From positions 12,958,001-13,022,000 of the forward strand of contig OZ365116.1 of assembly GCA_977030845.1 (NCBI GenBank): a DNA stretch of 64,000 nucleotides. The letters are read 5' to 3'. This DNA comes from Fimbriosthenelais zetlandica. Taxonomy: Eukaryota. Of the stretch, positions 1-12,836 are shown one piece after another. A program made the translations under genes and the position numbers. Below the pieces are notes generated by a model that made no database searches, was not told the DNA's origin, and saw nothing but the letters and a program-made list of their open reading frames with translations. Numbering within the stretch: position 1 is the stretch's first letter; each line of letters begins with the position of its first letter.

Positions 1-1811
1 TACAGGACCCCTACCCCTCACCCCTTACAACCCTTCCCCCATCATCCCCACTGGCTGCAACGTCACAAAGTCAGGAACAGACCCCCACAGCCACCTATCG
101 TCCACAGCATGTAACTGGCGGGCTTTATTGACAATGTCAACAATTCTTTTCACATGTATATCAGAGCCGAGGCTTGCTGCAGGCGAATAAGACCTTTAAA
201 TGGTATAGAGTCTGCCTCCACAAGCCCTACCGCTATTCTATACAACGGTATATATGCAGGCGAAGTGAACAGTTCATGCTGGGACCTCGTCTGGGGAAAT
301 GAAACTCGGACTTTAACAAGGGATTTTTCAATGCTATTTTTGCAGCTAAAAGTTACATTTTCATTACTAAAATCATTTGTACTTTGCGAACCAAATGATC
401 AAACTTAAATTGTGGAATGTGGAAGTAAAATTCGGAGGATATCAGTTGGAATTTTTGGAGGTGGGAGAGGCGGCTACTCGAGAGATATTATTGGAGGGTG
501 GGGTTAGGTTGTGTGGGATTGACAGGTGGGGGTGTGGCCTTTGTGATGGATCTACCTCAGTATAAAGGTGAGCGTGATAACCTTTAAACTGGACTCACTG
601 ATTGGAAAGTGTTGGATTAAGTTGGACTATAGAGAAGGATTGTCCATATATTCAGTGTTAAAACCACCACCACCCACCACCACCACACCAAGGCACCACC
701 ACCACCACTGTATAAGGCCCCCACTTTATAAAGTGTGCCCAAATCAGACCTGGAGGTCTCTCCCCCCATGATAGGTAGGCTATATCACTCGACCATAAGC
801 CACACCAGCCCTCACACCGCCTTCCTACCACAGACCCCGACACACGTGTACCACCAATATGGTTCACGATCCCTAATACTCGCCATTCTACTATCTTAAA
901 GGGTTATGTGGTGCTTATCAGCAATGGACCCTTTATAATATAAGCTGCCACTGGACCATTGTTTGCTCGGACAGCTATATAATTAATATCCCCTCCAATA
1001 GGATTTACCATATATAAATTATATATACTTGGGATCATCTGGATTTGTGCATATACCTTGATTTGTATGAACCCTTTTGTGGATGATTTCCTTCTTGGAT
1101 ATGACTGATGTGATATTATGGAAATATCCTGAACAACTCTTAGAGAAACATTGATTGAGATTGAAGGTGTGGGTTATTTTTTCACCTGGATTGGTCGATA
1201 CGATAGCCTTCTTATAAGTGGATAGATACCAAATCATATATCCTGAGACAAGGAAGAGGGTTTGGAGGAAGAGGAGGAGGGGTGGTAGGTTGGAGGAGGA
1301 GGAAGAGGAGGTGGATCCCCTCCATGCATTCTCCAGTACATGGTCTGGAGAAGGAGCAGGAGATTTAATTATATTCAGGATGACTATGGGCTACAGTTGC
1401 TCTAAGCCCCATCTAGACCCATTGGGAATTCTTCTAGCCGACCATGCCAGTACCTAAACCGCGAGCCGAAGGGCATATACAAAGATATGAGGAGTTCACT
1501 TACTATTGTGAGAAAAGGTTGAAAGGCAAGTCGCAATGCGATTCGAGTACATACTCTATTACATAGTGCCTTTCCTGGACGTCGCTAGCGCCGGTAAGTT
1601 AAAATTTCTATTAAAAAAAATGGGTTTGTTCCCCTTTTGGACATTTTGTCAAATCGCAGAATTGTTTCAGATGGAATTTTCTCATAGGGAGGTGGTGGCA
1701 GAAAGATTCCTGATATTTATGTGTGGAAATTTAACTGATTTATAATGAAGTCTGCCCTGATTTATTTTATTTTCATCACAAACATTTTATAACTTTTGGT
1801 ACCAATATTAA

Positions 1812-1895
1812 ACTAATGCTAAAACTGGGACGATCCGACTTGGTCGGTGCAGTGGACATAACCCTCCTTAGACCAAATTATGCATATATATATGT
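1812..1895 (+). repeat. Hairpin-bearing dispersed repeat, copy 1 (possible end of a non-autonomous element)
   Basis: CTAAAACTGGGACGATCCGACTTGGTCGGTGC (1819-1850) is identical to 2431-2462, and similarity continues ~45 bp further. It contains the stem-loop CCGAC-TTG-GTCGG. Confidence 0.7.
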
Positions 1896-2423
1896 CTATA
1901 TCTACCCTTATACGTCCTGCTTATGTGTGCATATATAGAGAGAATGAAGGACATCAGATTGGGGACGGTCAGGTAAAAGAGAGAGAGAGAAGGGGGACTG
2001 ATGAAAGTTTGCCAATTTGGTTTGTTTGTCGAGAGTAAACGGGCCGGGCAAGCCTCAACTCGGGCTCCAGCAGGTGGGTCGCGGTCTGCTGTTAGAGTAT
2101 ATAGAGTAGAGGAGCTGGGAATGAAGCATAGAAGGACGAATACCCCACACAGAATTACTTCAGTCTTTTCAACCTTATGGCAAGAATTCAATCCAGGGGT
2201 TCTTTATCTCTAGCTTGATGCACACACACACATCTGTGAGAACTTGTAACTGTACATCAGTGCCACTAACTTGTCACTTACATATGACAAGGAAGTTAGT
2301 TAACTATGCCGCAGCTTCCTTAATATTGCTGTACCAGACATAACAATGCACTGACCAAGCCATAAAACGTGCAAACAAATATGGGGGTTCGTATGTTAGA
2401 GGAAAAAGATTCCTAAAATCTAG

Positions 2424-2505
2424 ACTAATACTAAAACTGGGACGATCCGACTTGGTCGGTGCTTTGGACATCGCCCTCCTCAAATCGAATTGTGCATATC
2501 TATGC
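2424..2505 (+). repeat. Hairpin-bearing dispersed repeat, copy 2
   Basis: 32-bp exact match to 1819-1850 plus a degenerate extension, in the same orientation. Confidence 0.7.
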
Positions 2506-4219
2506 CAAAAATTTTACCCAAACGGAAATACGAATTTGCAGTAGCTTTGAACAGGCTTTGATTAGTCTATTATCTAAGCCTTTATTGTAGGATGTCTATA
2601 CTATAAAAGGACAGTACTTTATATGTTACATTACGGTAGATGTTAGTGTAGGGATCGAGGGAGTAGTAGTATACATAGCCGAGTCTTGGCCGTGTCAGGT
2701 TGTTTTTGCCGGTTCTACTCCGCTGGTGGCCTGTTGTGATGTTGTTCATTTTGGGCCCAGAGATGCCAGCCATTCCATCCATGAACCAATCGGAGGGCCT
2801 CACGGATCATGATGCGATACCTCAATCCTATACACTTCTATCATTCCATGTACATCATCCATACACTCATTATCTATTCTTTATATTATTTTTATGATTT
2901 CAAGCTTGAAATTTTTCAAGATGGAACATTATTAGCTTAGTACTAGCAAATCGAAATCTCAACCAAAAATCAAAGCAGAAGGCCCTGCTCCACCTCCTAT
3001 ATGCCACCAACCACGTCACAAATCTATTAGTTCTGCTCGTGATTTTCTTTTAAAGAGAATCATTGCAGAATGATAACATAATGCCCCCTTCAGTCTTGAG
3101 GTCCATTCAAATTGAGAATATCTCCCCCAATAAAAATACCACGAAGACAGAGCCTTATGTCCCCCGTCCTTTTTTCTGTGGCTTTCTTTAAGAGTTTTGG
3201 GGTGCGAGGTCGCTGTGGGCCAGCGGAGCATATCTGGGTATACAAATAAAGTACAGAGAAATGTGGATATTTTTCGGCAGCTGTAGGCTTTAGGGAAAGG
3301 TTGTAAAACGGAGAGGTACTGACATTTATAGACTTTAGATGTGACTATCTATACCAATATATGCATTATATAACTAAATACACAATGTGAAGATATGAAT
3401 CAAGTCAGAGCTATAGCTTAGCTTCTCTGTCACTGATGGTCGCTTTTCATTTCATTGTGAAATGAAATTTAACAATTATTTAATTATAATTGTCATTAGA
3501 AACTATATATTACGACCGTCGATAGTTCGGATTATCAATTAATCAATGTTTGTATGTACATATCATTGATTAGTCGATCTATGATTGATAATAATCCAAA
3601 GCCACCCGAAACTTTTATATATTGGCAAGTGCATGCGTAGAGCTATGGGCCTATGTATACATACTATACATGTACCATATAAGTCATCTTGCTCCTCCAT
3701 TCCTCACCTCAATCGCTGTCATTTCTCACTCTCTCCCTGGAAAATGTACGACATGTCCTGACAGCTATATTACTACCTATTCCTCTTTATAACAGTGTTT
3801 GACAGTAAAATGGTAAATCATCACTTTTCTCCGTTTCACTCACAAGGATAGGCATATTATCACACATATACATATATCCCTTACTTCCTAAATTTAAATC
3901 ATATACTCTGTTTACCGATTTTTTTTCTAGATGTTTTTCTTATGGTTTTTGAAGTTTTTAAAGCAGAGTTTCTTTCTGGTTGAATCTCTCTGTAATCTCT
4001 TTAGCTCAGTTTGAAGGGAGCAGGTTTCCTGCCTCTGGGTAGGTATAAAAAGGGCCTTCTCTCTCCTGCTGGAGACTCCATTACTTACGGCCCTGAGCAA
4101 TTGGTGAAGTTAGGCTGACTTTTACTGAACTTAAATAGTCAGTTTGAAAAGGACATTAGTTAGGGCTGTGTGGAGGTGCTGTAATCGGGTAGAAGCAATG
4201 TGTAGGAGTCTGGAAGATG

Positions 4220-4374
4220 NNNNNNNNNNNNNNNNNNNNNNNNNNNNNNNNNNNNNNNNNNNNNNNNNNNNNNNNNNNNNNNNNNNNNNNNNNNNNNNNN
4301 NNNNNNNNNNNNNNNNNNNNNNNNNNNNNNNNNNNNNNNNNNNNNNNNNNNNNNNNNNNNNNNNNNNNNNNNNN
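4220..4374. other. Assembly gap (155 N)
   Basis: Run of N in the sequence. Confidence 0.99.
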
Positions 4375-5169
4375 AGTTCCTAATAACCTATCCAGGAAAT
4401 TACCAACTAAAAATATATCCCAAGGTTTTTAATGATGTCTGGATAACGAATAATACATGGCCATTAGCTAACTCCATTAGTTCTTGGGTCTCTACTCTTT
4501 ATCCACTCTTTAATTTCAATCAAAGGTTGAGAACTGACTAAAACAAACAGAAACGATAAAGGATAGTGTTTTGGCCTTTAATTGGAATCCAGATGAGATG
4601 TGAAAGTTCAGATAATTAAGTTTTTAGAAAAGGGATAATCTTGTATTCAAGGAAGGTAAAGTTAATCAGTTAATTAGATAAGGAATTTCTATTCCCTGAT
4701 TGTCTTCACAGACATTTATTAATATGCATGTACATATACAATCTTGTCCATTCCAATGCCACCTTTATATTGATGACTTTTGATGGGCTTGGTTCATAAC
4801 AATGCTTTAGCCTATGGTTATGAAACAGGCCCCAGCAGTGGTTGGGCATTGTACATTCCCGTTGCCTTAAATGGACATGACGTCCCAAAACTAGGAAGTC
4901 TTTGATTCCCATATATGTATAGCCCTTGTGTTGTATCTGATGGGGGTGTGTGAGGTATAAGGGGGGAGAATACCGATACATTCCACACATACCTCCCCCA
5001 CCTTTCTTCTCCAATTGCCTACAATCTGGGCAGAAAATATGCAACATTGATTCGTCTCATGATCGCCCGTGGCGCAGCTCCCCACTGAAACCTCCGACAG
5101 TTTATCTCCCATTAATTCGATATGCTGGTCGTTAGTAGACAGATAGCTATCCCACCTATATACCTTCAC

Positions 5170-5460
5170 CTGCCCTCTCCTATACCCTCCATACCTCTCT
5201 CTCTCTCCCTCTCTCTCTCTCTTTCTGCTCTCCTTTCCTTCACGTTTCTGTGACCATCGCCCTCCTTCCCATATGGTTGCCTTTCCATCTTTTCCTCAAT
5301 TTCCTAATTCTACTTCTTAATTTCTATATCTTTCCTATTTCTCTGTCTATCTGTCTGTCTCTCTCTCTCTCCCTCTCTCTCTTTTTCTATCTCTCTCTTT
5401 TTCTCCCTCTCTTTCCCCCCTCTCTCTCTCTCCCCTAATTTCTCTCTTCTCTAGGTCCTC
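5170..5460. repeat. (CT)n-rich polypyrimidine low-complexity tract
   Basis: Multiple CTCTCT runs, seen directly. Confidence 0.85.
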
Positions 5461-6899
5461 TTTCCTCATCTCTCATATTTGCAAACAATCGACATCAACG
5501 TCAGAGTCGTGACTGTTTGCCCTCCAATCCTTGACGTCACCAATGTGCACAAACCATTTGGCAATGTCGTAAAAGGGAAAATTATATCAGTTGACTGTGA
5601 AAATGATTTCTGAAAGGCAAGATGTGGCAACAATAAATTTTGGAATGTTTGCAGGTGAATATAAGGAATTCTGTTCAATACACTGACATTCCATCGATGT
5701 TTAATAACTCACCTCTGGTGATAAGAAACCGCTTTTGACATTCCAGGCGGATAAGATAAAGAACTGTGGTGTCTGGAGTTGATATACAATCTTTTTCACA
5801 CTCTAAAACTAATCCTCCTGAAACCATTCCTTTATTATCGAACAGAGTGGGATTATATTTATTACCCAATGTCTCATCCATTAAGTAGAAGATATGTGAG
5901 ATCCTATTTTTTCCCAGTGATAAATATTATTGATGTTCTTTTAGGAAAATACTATGGTATTTACAAGCAAGTATTTTGCTTTAGATATGACTGTCTGAAC
6001 CCTCCTCTGACCACAGTTATTATATCCCTTTATCATAACTAGGTTACATGAAGTGCACTTATAGCTTTATGATTAGTTGGACACCTTTAGAACTTAGCCA
6101 TGTTATGTCAACATTAAGTTCAACATATTATATAATGGGGAAGAGTGCACTGGAATGATCATCCTTAAAAAATATAAAACTATTGCTGCAACAATGATTA
6201 TAATACATGTATACCATAGTATCCATTTAATTCAAAAACTAGTTTCACTTTTACCAATTGCAACCTGGCGCCAATAAAATATCAAATCATAAATTTTGAT
6301 TATCTTCGGTTCCTCCCAGGCACCTGCACTGAAGGGGTCAAGTATACCATTCAAAACAAATGAACACCTGTGGAGACACCATTGGAATATTCTAAGTAAT
6401 CACTGATCATTTTTCTGTTATTTAAAGTTTTCAAAGTTACTAATACTCCCTAATTATTGGAGTATCAAGAAGATTTTCTCAGTTTTAGAAAGCCCTGGTC
6501 AACCTCTTATAAGAGGAACAATTTGTAAAATACCCCCTTTCTGAGACCCTCCCGCTGCGAAAGGGTTAAGAAAGCGAAAGCATTAATTATAATATAGATG
6601 AGGAGAGGTGACGATATGGACCTATAACCGAGTAATTGCCTGGATCTGTATGACTGGTGCCTGGTCTCAAGTCTTGGCTCTCGTCCATTGTGCTAGGCCC
6701 CTTTTCGACCATCCCCCTCCTCTGGGCAAAAAAAGAAAGGCAAGTTTCTAGCTTGGTGCGGAAAATTAGTCAGAAAACTTTGAATATAGGAGTCAGTGGA
6801 GTTTTTGGGGTATAAGTTACAAATTGCAACTCCTCACTTCCATGAATTTTAGTAGAAAAAATTGCGATTGGATTGGGTAGTTTGGGGAAAGGGCTACTG

Positions 6900-7480
6900 A
6901 AGAACAATAATCCTCTGGGTGCTTTTATAGCACTGATTGTTTAAATGATCCTCGCATTCCGGCAGTCAATCCTTTTGCAGTTTAGAGGCGAACTCTCCTT
7001 TTATATCTCATCAAAAGCTAATCTTTGAGCCACTACAAACACTTTTTCCTTTTGGCCTTGTCTTATAGACGACGAGACGTAAGCCTTGTGAGTTCACACC
7101 TGTGATACTAGCTTCCCATCCGGCACTCTGCCCAGCTAAAAACTCTAAAGAACGTCTCATATAGGTGAGGTGTCGGTGTGGAAACCTCCTGACCACCATC
7201 CCACCAACCCCCACTGTGCAAACCCTTTCCCTTTATAGCCAGAAACGGTTTTGATCACCAACCATATCATAAGTCTTCAGCCAAGCTGAAGTGACGGACT
7301 GAAAACATCACAGCACCTCCGATTTCATGCCCAACAATAATAAGAAATTAGGTTAAACAGCTCATATATGCTCCAAAGGCTTTGCGATTGTCATGCAAAG
7401 GTGTTTTTCCACTTGAAGATAAAATGCTGCAAGATGATGATGCTTTATCAAGCCGGACATCACTCATAAAGGCAATCATG
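6900..7480 (-). pseudogene. Degenerate CR1/L2-type LINE reverse transcriptase fragment
   Basis: Minus-strand motifs occur in RT order across frameshifts and stops: LDKAS, IAKPLEHI (7388-7365), KGKSVC, AFDEI (7018-7004), GMRG. The ~115-codon spacing from PLxHI to AFD matches CR1/L2 RTs as I recall them. Confidence 0.5.
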
Positions 7481-8121
7481 ATATTCATATGTTTACCTGG
7501 ATTAAATGTTGGTGTGGGTATAGGATTTATACCTCCCATTGCACCATCATAAAGCTTAATTTACATTGCCCCTCCACATTTTTCTTCAGGGCCAACAATA
7601 GGGATTAATCATGTCTTTCTTGTATGCAGACTCTATGAAGACGGAAGGCTGTGTGTTTGTCTATGTAATAATGCTTGGTGACGTGGGGGTATGGGACTAT
7701 ACGGGTCGGCATGCATACATATATACCTACCCTTCTCTGTTGTCATACCCTTCCCCACATCCACATTGTCCGAACACGGGAGAAAGTCATTCTGCAAATG
7801 TGCCAGCTTGAAAGGGGACTATATCTCCTCTGATGGTGGCAGGAAAAAGGGTCTGTGTAGGAAACGGTCTACCCAGTGGTTTGGGGGAAGAAAAGAAAAG
7901 AAAAGAAAAGAAGACATCGTTTGTCACCTGGGTTATTTGAAGGAACCTGACAACAGAATGCCCGTCGTGAGGTGTATGTTCATAAACTCACACTCGGGCA
8001 TCTCTTGGTACATTCAGACACCATCGTTGGTGGGTCCATACTACCGCAAGACAGCAAGCAAGGCCACTTTAAAGTACATTTTCACATCCGTTCAATCTAG
8101 ACATTGTCTGAAATGAGTATA

Positions 8122-8307
8122 AACCTGTACTCCACTGCTGCGATTTTGCTTGCAAAACTACTGCGACAAAGGTGATGCTTGTGTCTCAACACAATTAATA
8201 AATTCTGTGTCCAAGGCCTTAATGCCGTCCTCCACTGACACAGTTTTCATTACGACACAAACATCACCTTTTGTCATAAGCAAAATCGCAGCAGTGGAGT
8301 CCAGACT
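8122..8307 (+). mobile_element. MITE family C (Harbinger-like), copy 1
   Basis: TIRs ...ACTCCACTGCTGCGATTTTGCTT / AAGCAAAATCGCAGCAGTGGAGT, with inner arms TGATGCTTGTGTC / GACACAAACATCA. TAA on the right flank. Four other copies are in the window. Confidence 0.85.
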
Positions 8308-9086
8308 TAAGATGATACCATCCAATGGACTGAACGTGGGGCTTCATTTTAAAACCTGCTGCGGATTCATTTAAGGAATGACCCTCCAGAATGACCTTAT
8401 GGTCGGTATATATACTTACTAAATACATACATGTACCGTACAATGTACCCCTTGAAACATACCCCTACAACCCCCCCATCTCCTCCTCAAAAAATACTCA
8501 CAGACTTGGCTCCAAGTGACACCATTTTAATGTTCAAGTGATGGATGGGGGGAAGATGCATCCGGCTTTGGACTCGGGGGGTGGGGTGGGGGTGGGGGAT
8601 GGGGAAGAGTAACGGGAATTGTATGAGGAGAGAGGAGGAGTCGGATTACAACCCCGTTGCCTGTCCTCCTGCATGGTAAAGCCTTGTATCTTGTGCCAAA
8701 GAAGGGCAGTGACACCGACACGACCAAATGTATTTTTTGTGCCCCATTACTTATCAATCCGCAAAACCCCGAGTTTCATGTGAGGAAAATGTGTATGTAT
8801 TCAGGTGAATGTAGTAAGGATCTTGACCGAATGAATGAAACAGGGGCTTATGATGATCAAGACAAGATTATATGGTAGGAAGGAGATGGCAGGAGATGGT
8901 CCTGCCTGATGGATAGTTGAGAGAAGTTGCAGACAGCTGGATCAGACATCGCCCAATACACAGTCACAAGTGTCCTTGTCATTCTTCCCCTACAACATTT
9001 TCCCATTTTGCAGATTCTTTATCTTTCTTCTGCATTCTGTCAGTCTTTTAAATTTGCAGGATTGTTTCCCATAAGCCTTGCAGTCT

Positions 9087-9122
9087 GTCCTACTATCTGT
9101 CCTACTATCTGTCCTACTATCT
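9087..9122 (+). repeat. 12-bp tandem repeat (GTCCTACTATCT) x3
   Basis: Seen directly. Confidence 0.85.
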
Positions 9123-9277
9123 TTCAGTTATAAATGGAAGTGAACTCGCAGGACGAGGTTGAGATCATTAATGGGCCAGAGCATCATGATGTCCATGTTT
9201 GACTATGTCAAGACAGGATGCTTACACATATAGTCCCACTCTTTGTTTACTGTACTTTCCATATCCATTCATGTTCT

Positions 9278-9512
9278 GTGCAGAGAGAGGGAGAGAGAGA
9301 GAGAGAGAGGGGGGGGGGGAGACACAGAGAGAGAGAGCCAGAGAGAGAGAGAGAAAGAGAGTCAGAGAGAGAGAGAGCGAGAGAGTGAGAGAGAGATAGA
9401 GAGAGGGAGATAGCAAGGGAGAGAGAGACAGAATCAGAGAGAGAGAGAGTCAGAGAGAGCCAAAGAGAGAGAGAGGATAGGGGTGGGGAGACAGACAGAC
9501 AGACAGACAGCT
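9278..9512. repeat. Compound (GA)n / (GACA)n microsatellite
   Basis: Seen directly. It explains the overlapping ORFs 9199-9416. Confidence 0.9.
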
Positions 9513-9967
9513 ACGGAGAGTAAAAGGTAGAGAAGAAATGAGTGCAAAAGTTGGAATGATGAGACTATAAGCAATATGGTGCTAAATATATATCCAATCA
9601 TCTGCAAGAGTTGGAGGCTTAACTGAAGATCGTGTCCATCTGTTTTCTTAGGACTGATCTCTGATTCTTTAGGACATGTTACAACGGGAAAGAGGAGTTA
9701 GAGATGGATAGAAAGGCTATAATGTTTAAAGAGCCCTTGTGGACCTAACCCTATTTATATACATGACAAACTCTTGCCCACGGCAGGAAAAGGATGAGTG
9801 CAAGCGGACCTGGAAGGTTCACCATGTTAACAGTTCATGTCCAAGTGTCTGCTGAAAGAGTATCAAACTTCCTGTTTGACTAATCAGTGTTACTTCACTT
9901 CATTTTTGTCATTTTTCCAAACGTCGTATGATATCCATTCTTTTAGCTGAAAGTGTGTCCTCTTTAA

Positions 9968-10159
9968 AACCTGGAACACACTAATGCGATTCTTCATGCA
10001 ATCCGTCGGCATCCGAGCTCCTATTTCTAATGATATCCAATGATTGAAATTGTGTCAGTGGTTAGCCTTAAAATTACAAATATTGGGTGTGAATAGAAAT
10101 ATAGTTTGATAGGTATCGGATGGAGACGGATAGAGAATCGGATTAGTGTGTTCCAGGCT
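9968..10159 (+). mobile_element. MITE family A (Harbinger-like), copy 1
   Basis: TIR (A)CCTGGAACACACTAAT.CGATTCT / AGAATCGGATTAGTGTGTTCCAGGCT, with TAA on both flanks. Confidence 0.9.
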
Positions 10160-10586
10160 TAATTCTACATGAATTACAGTGAATAAATATCGTTTACAAT
10201 CTCTTATACCTTATTTAAAGTCTATGTCTTAACAAGTTCTAGCAACTGGCAGAAAATATCCAAAAAATTGCCAGGCCAGCAGTGACTATGAGACACTTAT
10301 GGATTAGTAGTATTTTGATTGGTGTATTTGATATCATGTGTCTTCAGTGGATGAGAACCTGATGTTGGTAGAGATGGAACCCTAGAGTGATTCCTTTTGA
10401 CGCATGCCTGGCATATTTTTACCTAATGATCATTTGATCCCTGCTACCATCAGACGTAAACATACTTCAGTCTATTTCAAATGAGTTTGTGAAAAGCGAG
10501 ACAAAATTCCTCCCAATATCAGGGTATTCATGACAAATATTTACAACATAGATTTTTTCATTGGTAAACATATTGACTCAGGTTAG

Positions 10587-10880
10587 TTTTCCTTCCAATG
10601 GTTTGTGTATTGGACTTTATTTCGAAGTCAATTTTTCTGTAGAGAGTTTTCCAAAAGGTTTGTGTATTGAACTTTATTTCGAAGTCAATTTTTGCATACA
10701 TGTAGATAGTTTTACAAAAGGTTTGTGTATTGAACTTTATTCCGAAGTCAATTTTTCTGTAGATACTTTCCCCAAATGATTTGTGTATTGAACTTTATTC
10801 CGAAGTCAATTTTTCTATAGATTCTTTCCCCAAATGGTTTGTATATTGAACTTTATTCCCAAGTCAATTTTTCTGTAGAT
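10587..10880 (+). repeat. Minisatellite, 5 units of 57-63 bp
   Basis: Core GGTTTGTGTATTGAACTTTATTCCGAAGTCAATTTTTCTGTAGA starts at 10600, 10657, 10720, 10778 and 10836. Confidence 0.92.
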
Positions 10881-12569
10881 CCATTGGCTTACAGATATTA
10901 TCCCCCTTTCGGGAATTTACCAACAGTCAAATCCTTTAGCTAATTTAATGAACTGGCATTTCCTCCTTATTTGTTTACAGTGCACACAATCCTATATTTA
11001 AAGGGGTGATATTTGTTCCTTGTCAAACTCACTTTTTCCGACAGATTCTCCTCACCTTTCCTTCGTGGGAGGAGGAACAGTGTTTGATACCCGTACCCTA
11101 TCATTCCCCAGATAAACGTGTGCACAGTAACTCTAAGCTACCATACCCCACAATGGATGCCGAACCTATACCCCTACACATAGACTCCCCATAGGACCTC
11201 AGGTATTTTATCCAGGTACCACGACAACTGAAACTCTGGGTCATCCCTATCCATCACTTGCCCCTAGGGCTCATTTTTTATCTCAACATCCAAAAGGGGA
11301 ACAAGGCACCCTAGTGAGAAAGAAATTATTGTTTGATCAAATTCGAAAGGTTCGAGAGCCAGCACTTGGCTGATTCATTTGGTGGGCCAGTAAAACATAG
11401 TAAAGGTATAGGATTTGCTCTGAGTGGAACTAACCGACCTTTTACCTACACACATCAACCCCCCTTAAGGATATATTTTTCTGGGTGAGAGTCTGATCGG
11501 TTTTCAGGGGAGTGACAGTTGTCTTTTCTGGTTGAGGCTGAGTATATTTGTCTTCTGTGAAACCCAAGTCTGGCAGGTTGCAGTGTAGAGAGCACCGCCC
11601 ATGTAAGGGAGAGGAGGTGGGCACACATATAGTGGATGTCACCTGTGACGAACGGAGAAAAACCAAGGTTGTGTTCGAGAAGTCAAAAGTTAATCCTCAA
11701 ATCGGGTGTTAGTCATATATTATCTGCCGAGAAGGATATGGGAATCGGTGTTTGACAAACTGGACAGATTTACTCTATGGAAGATGAAAGGTCTATTGGA
11801 AAGTTGAACTTGGGTCTGAAAGTTGAAAATTAAGAAGACCACGAGGTTAAAGGTTATTCCCACCATTGCCCTTTTTAAAATGTCACTGACCTGAGAAGCT
11901 TGCCAACATCCTTGCTCCAAGTGAACAAATCTGTCCATGTGCAAACCGATTGTCACTGAGAAGTTTCATATTCACTTGCCTTCAAACTACTTACATTCCT
12001 GCAAGTAGATCTTACTGATAAAACCATTACTTGTACATACAAGATTTGTCAAGAAACCCTAACATTGGTGTGAAAATACAACAGAAAAGGTGCAAGACGT
12101 GATAGAAAACCCACCAAATTAAATACCTATCATTATGAAGGAAATTGACCTTTTTTTGTCAACCCTTTCAGGGGATCTTTAGTAGCTGGATTTTTCTTCT
12201 TCATGCCCTAGTAGAGGTCGCTTGTAGTAGAGCAATGGTCGTTAGCTCTAGCAGCCTTGCGGCCATGCCGTTAGGTATGTGTAAATCAAACTTGAAGTGA
12301 CTTTTGAGATTTGTTTACCTGAACTTAAAAGGTCCGTTTAAGTTTGCGAAAGAGTACAAATCAGTGATTTGAGGGTCAGTCTGTAGTCAACCAGGGCCTT
12401 CTCACTATATCTACAAATTACAGCCTTGTATTGACTGAGTCAAGAAAATTACCCCCACCAGAACACTACCTACAACTGTATGAACCCTACTATACACACT
12501 GTCACTTGTCTCTGTTAGTAAACCAAGTCATGTTGGTTACGCTAAGTGCTTTGTTTTATCTTGAGGCTA

Positions 12570-12836
12570 ATAGCCTGAACCCATTGAGCTACGATCTCCC
12601 TACAATCTGCTTTACGATCCAATTACGATTAAAAATTTTCAAAGTATGTGGATATACCTACTGAAAAAGTATGTGGAATGACCCTAAAATCATAGTCCTG
12701 TGTGCTCTGCGTTTTTTTCATGGATCAGAAAACTCTGCGGTCTCATTTTGAGCATGCTCAAACAGATCGTAGGCAGATCGTAGCTCAGATCGTAGGGAAA
12801 TCGTAGCTCAGATCGTAGCTCAGTGGATTCAAACTA
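12570..12836. mobile_element. MITE family D (267 bp, TAA TSD, subterminal AGATCGTAG repeats)
   Basis: Left TAGCCTGAACCCATTGAGCTACGATCT pairs with the reverse complement of the right end (TAGTTTGAATCCACTGAGCTACGATCT). TAA at 12567-69 and 12837-39. Five (C)AGATCGTAG units on the right are mirrored by CTACGATCT-like units on the left. Confidence 0.75.

Noticed and set aside
120-420. Possible L1/Tx1 3' end on the minus strand with AATAAA
   Set aside because: Only vague similarity with several stops, so it is unsupported without a search.
3528-3597. Imperfect AT-rich hairpin centred on TATGTACATA
   Set aside because: Single copy, low complexity, no TSD. Cannot be distinguished from chance or an eroded MITE.
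4144-4432. ORFs spanning the first N gap (likewise 52109-52555)
   Set aside because: The length comes from undetermined bases.
6530-6569. piggyBac-like right end (...GCGAAAGGG|TTAA)
   Set aside because: No matching TTAA|CCCTTT left end was found upstream.
8657-8878. ORF with VPKKGSD resembling an RT PKKG..D motif
   Set aside because: The expected downstream RPISL and QxGF motifs are absent.
10587-10880. CRISPR array
   Set aside because: The linkers are short and homologous to each other, there are no cas genes, and the context is eukaryotic. It is a minisatellite.
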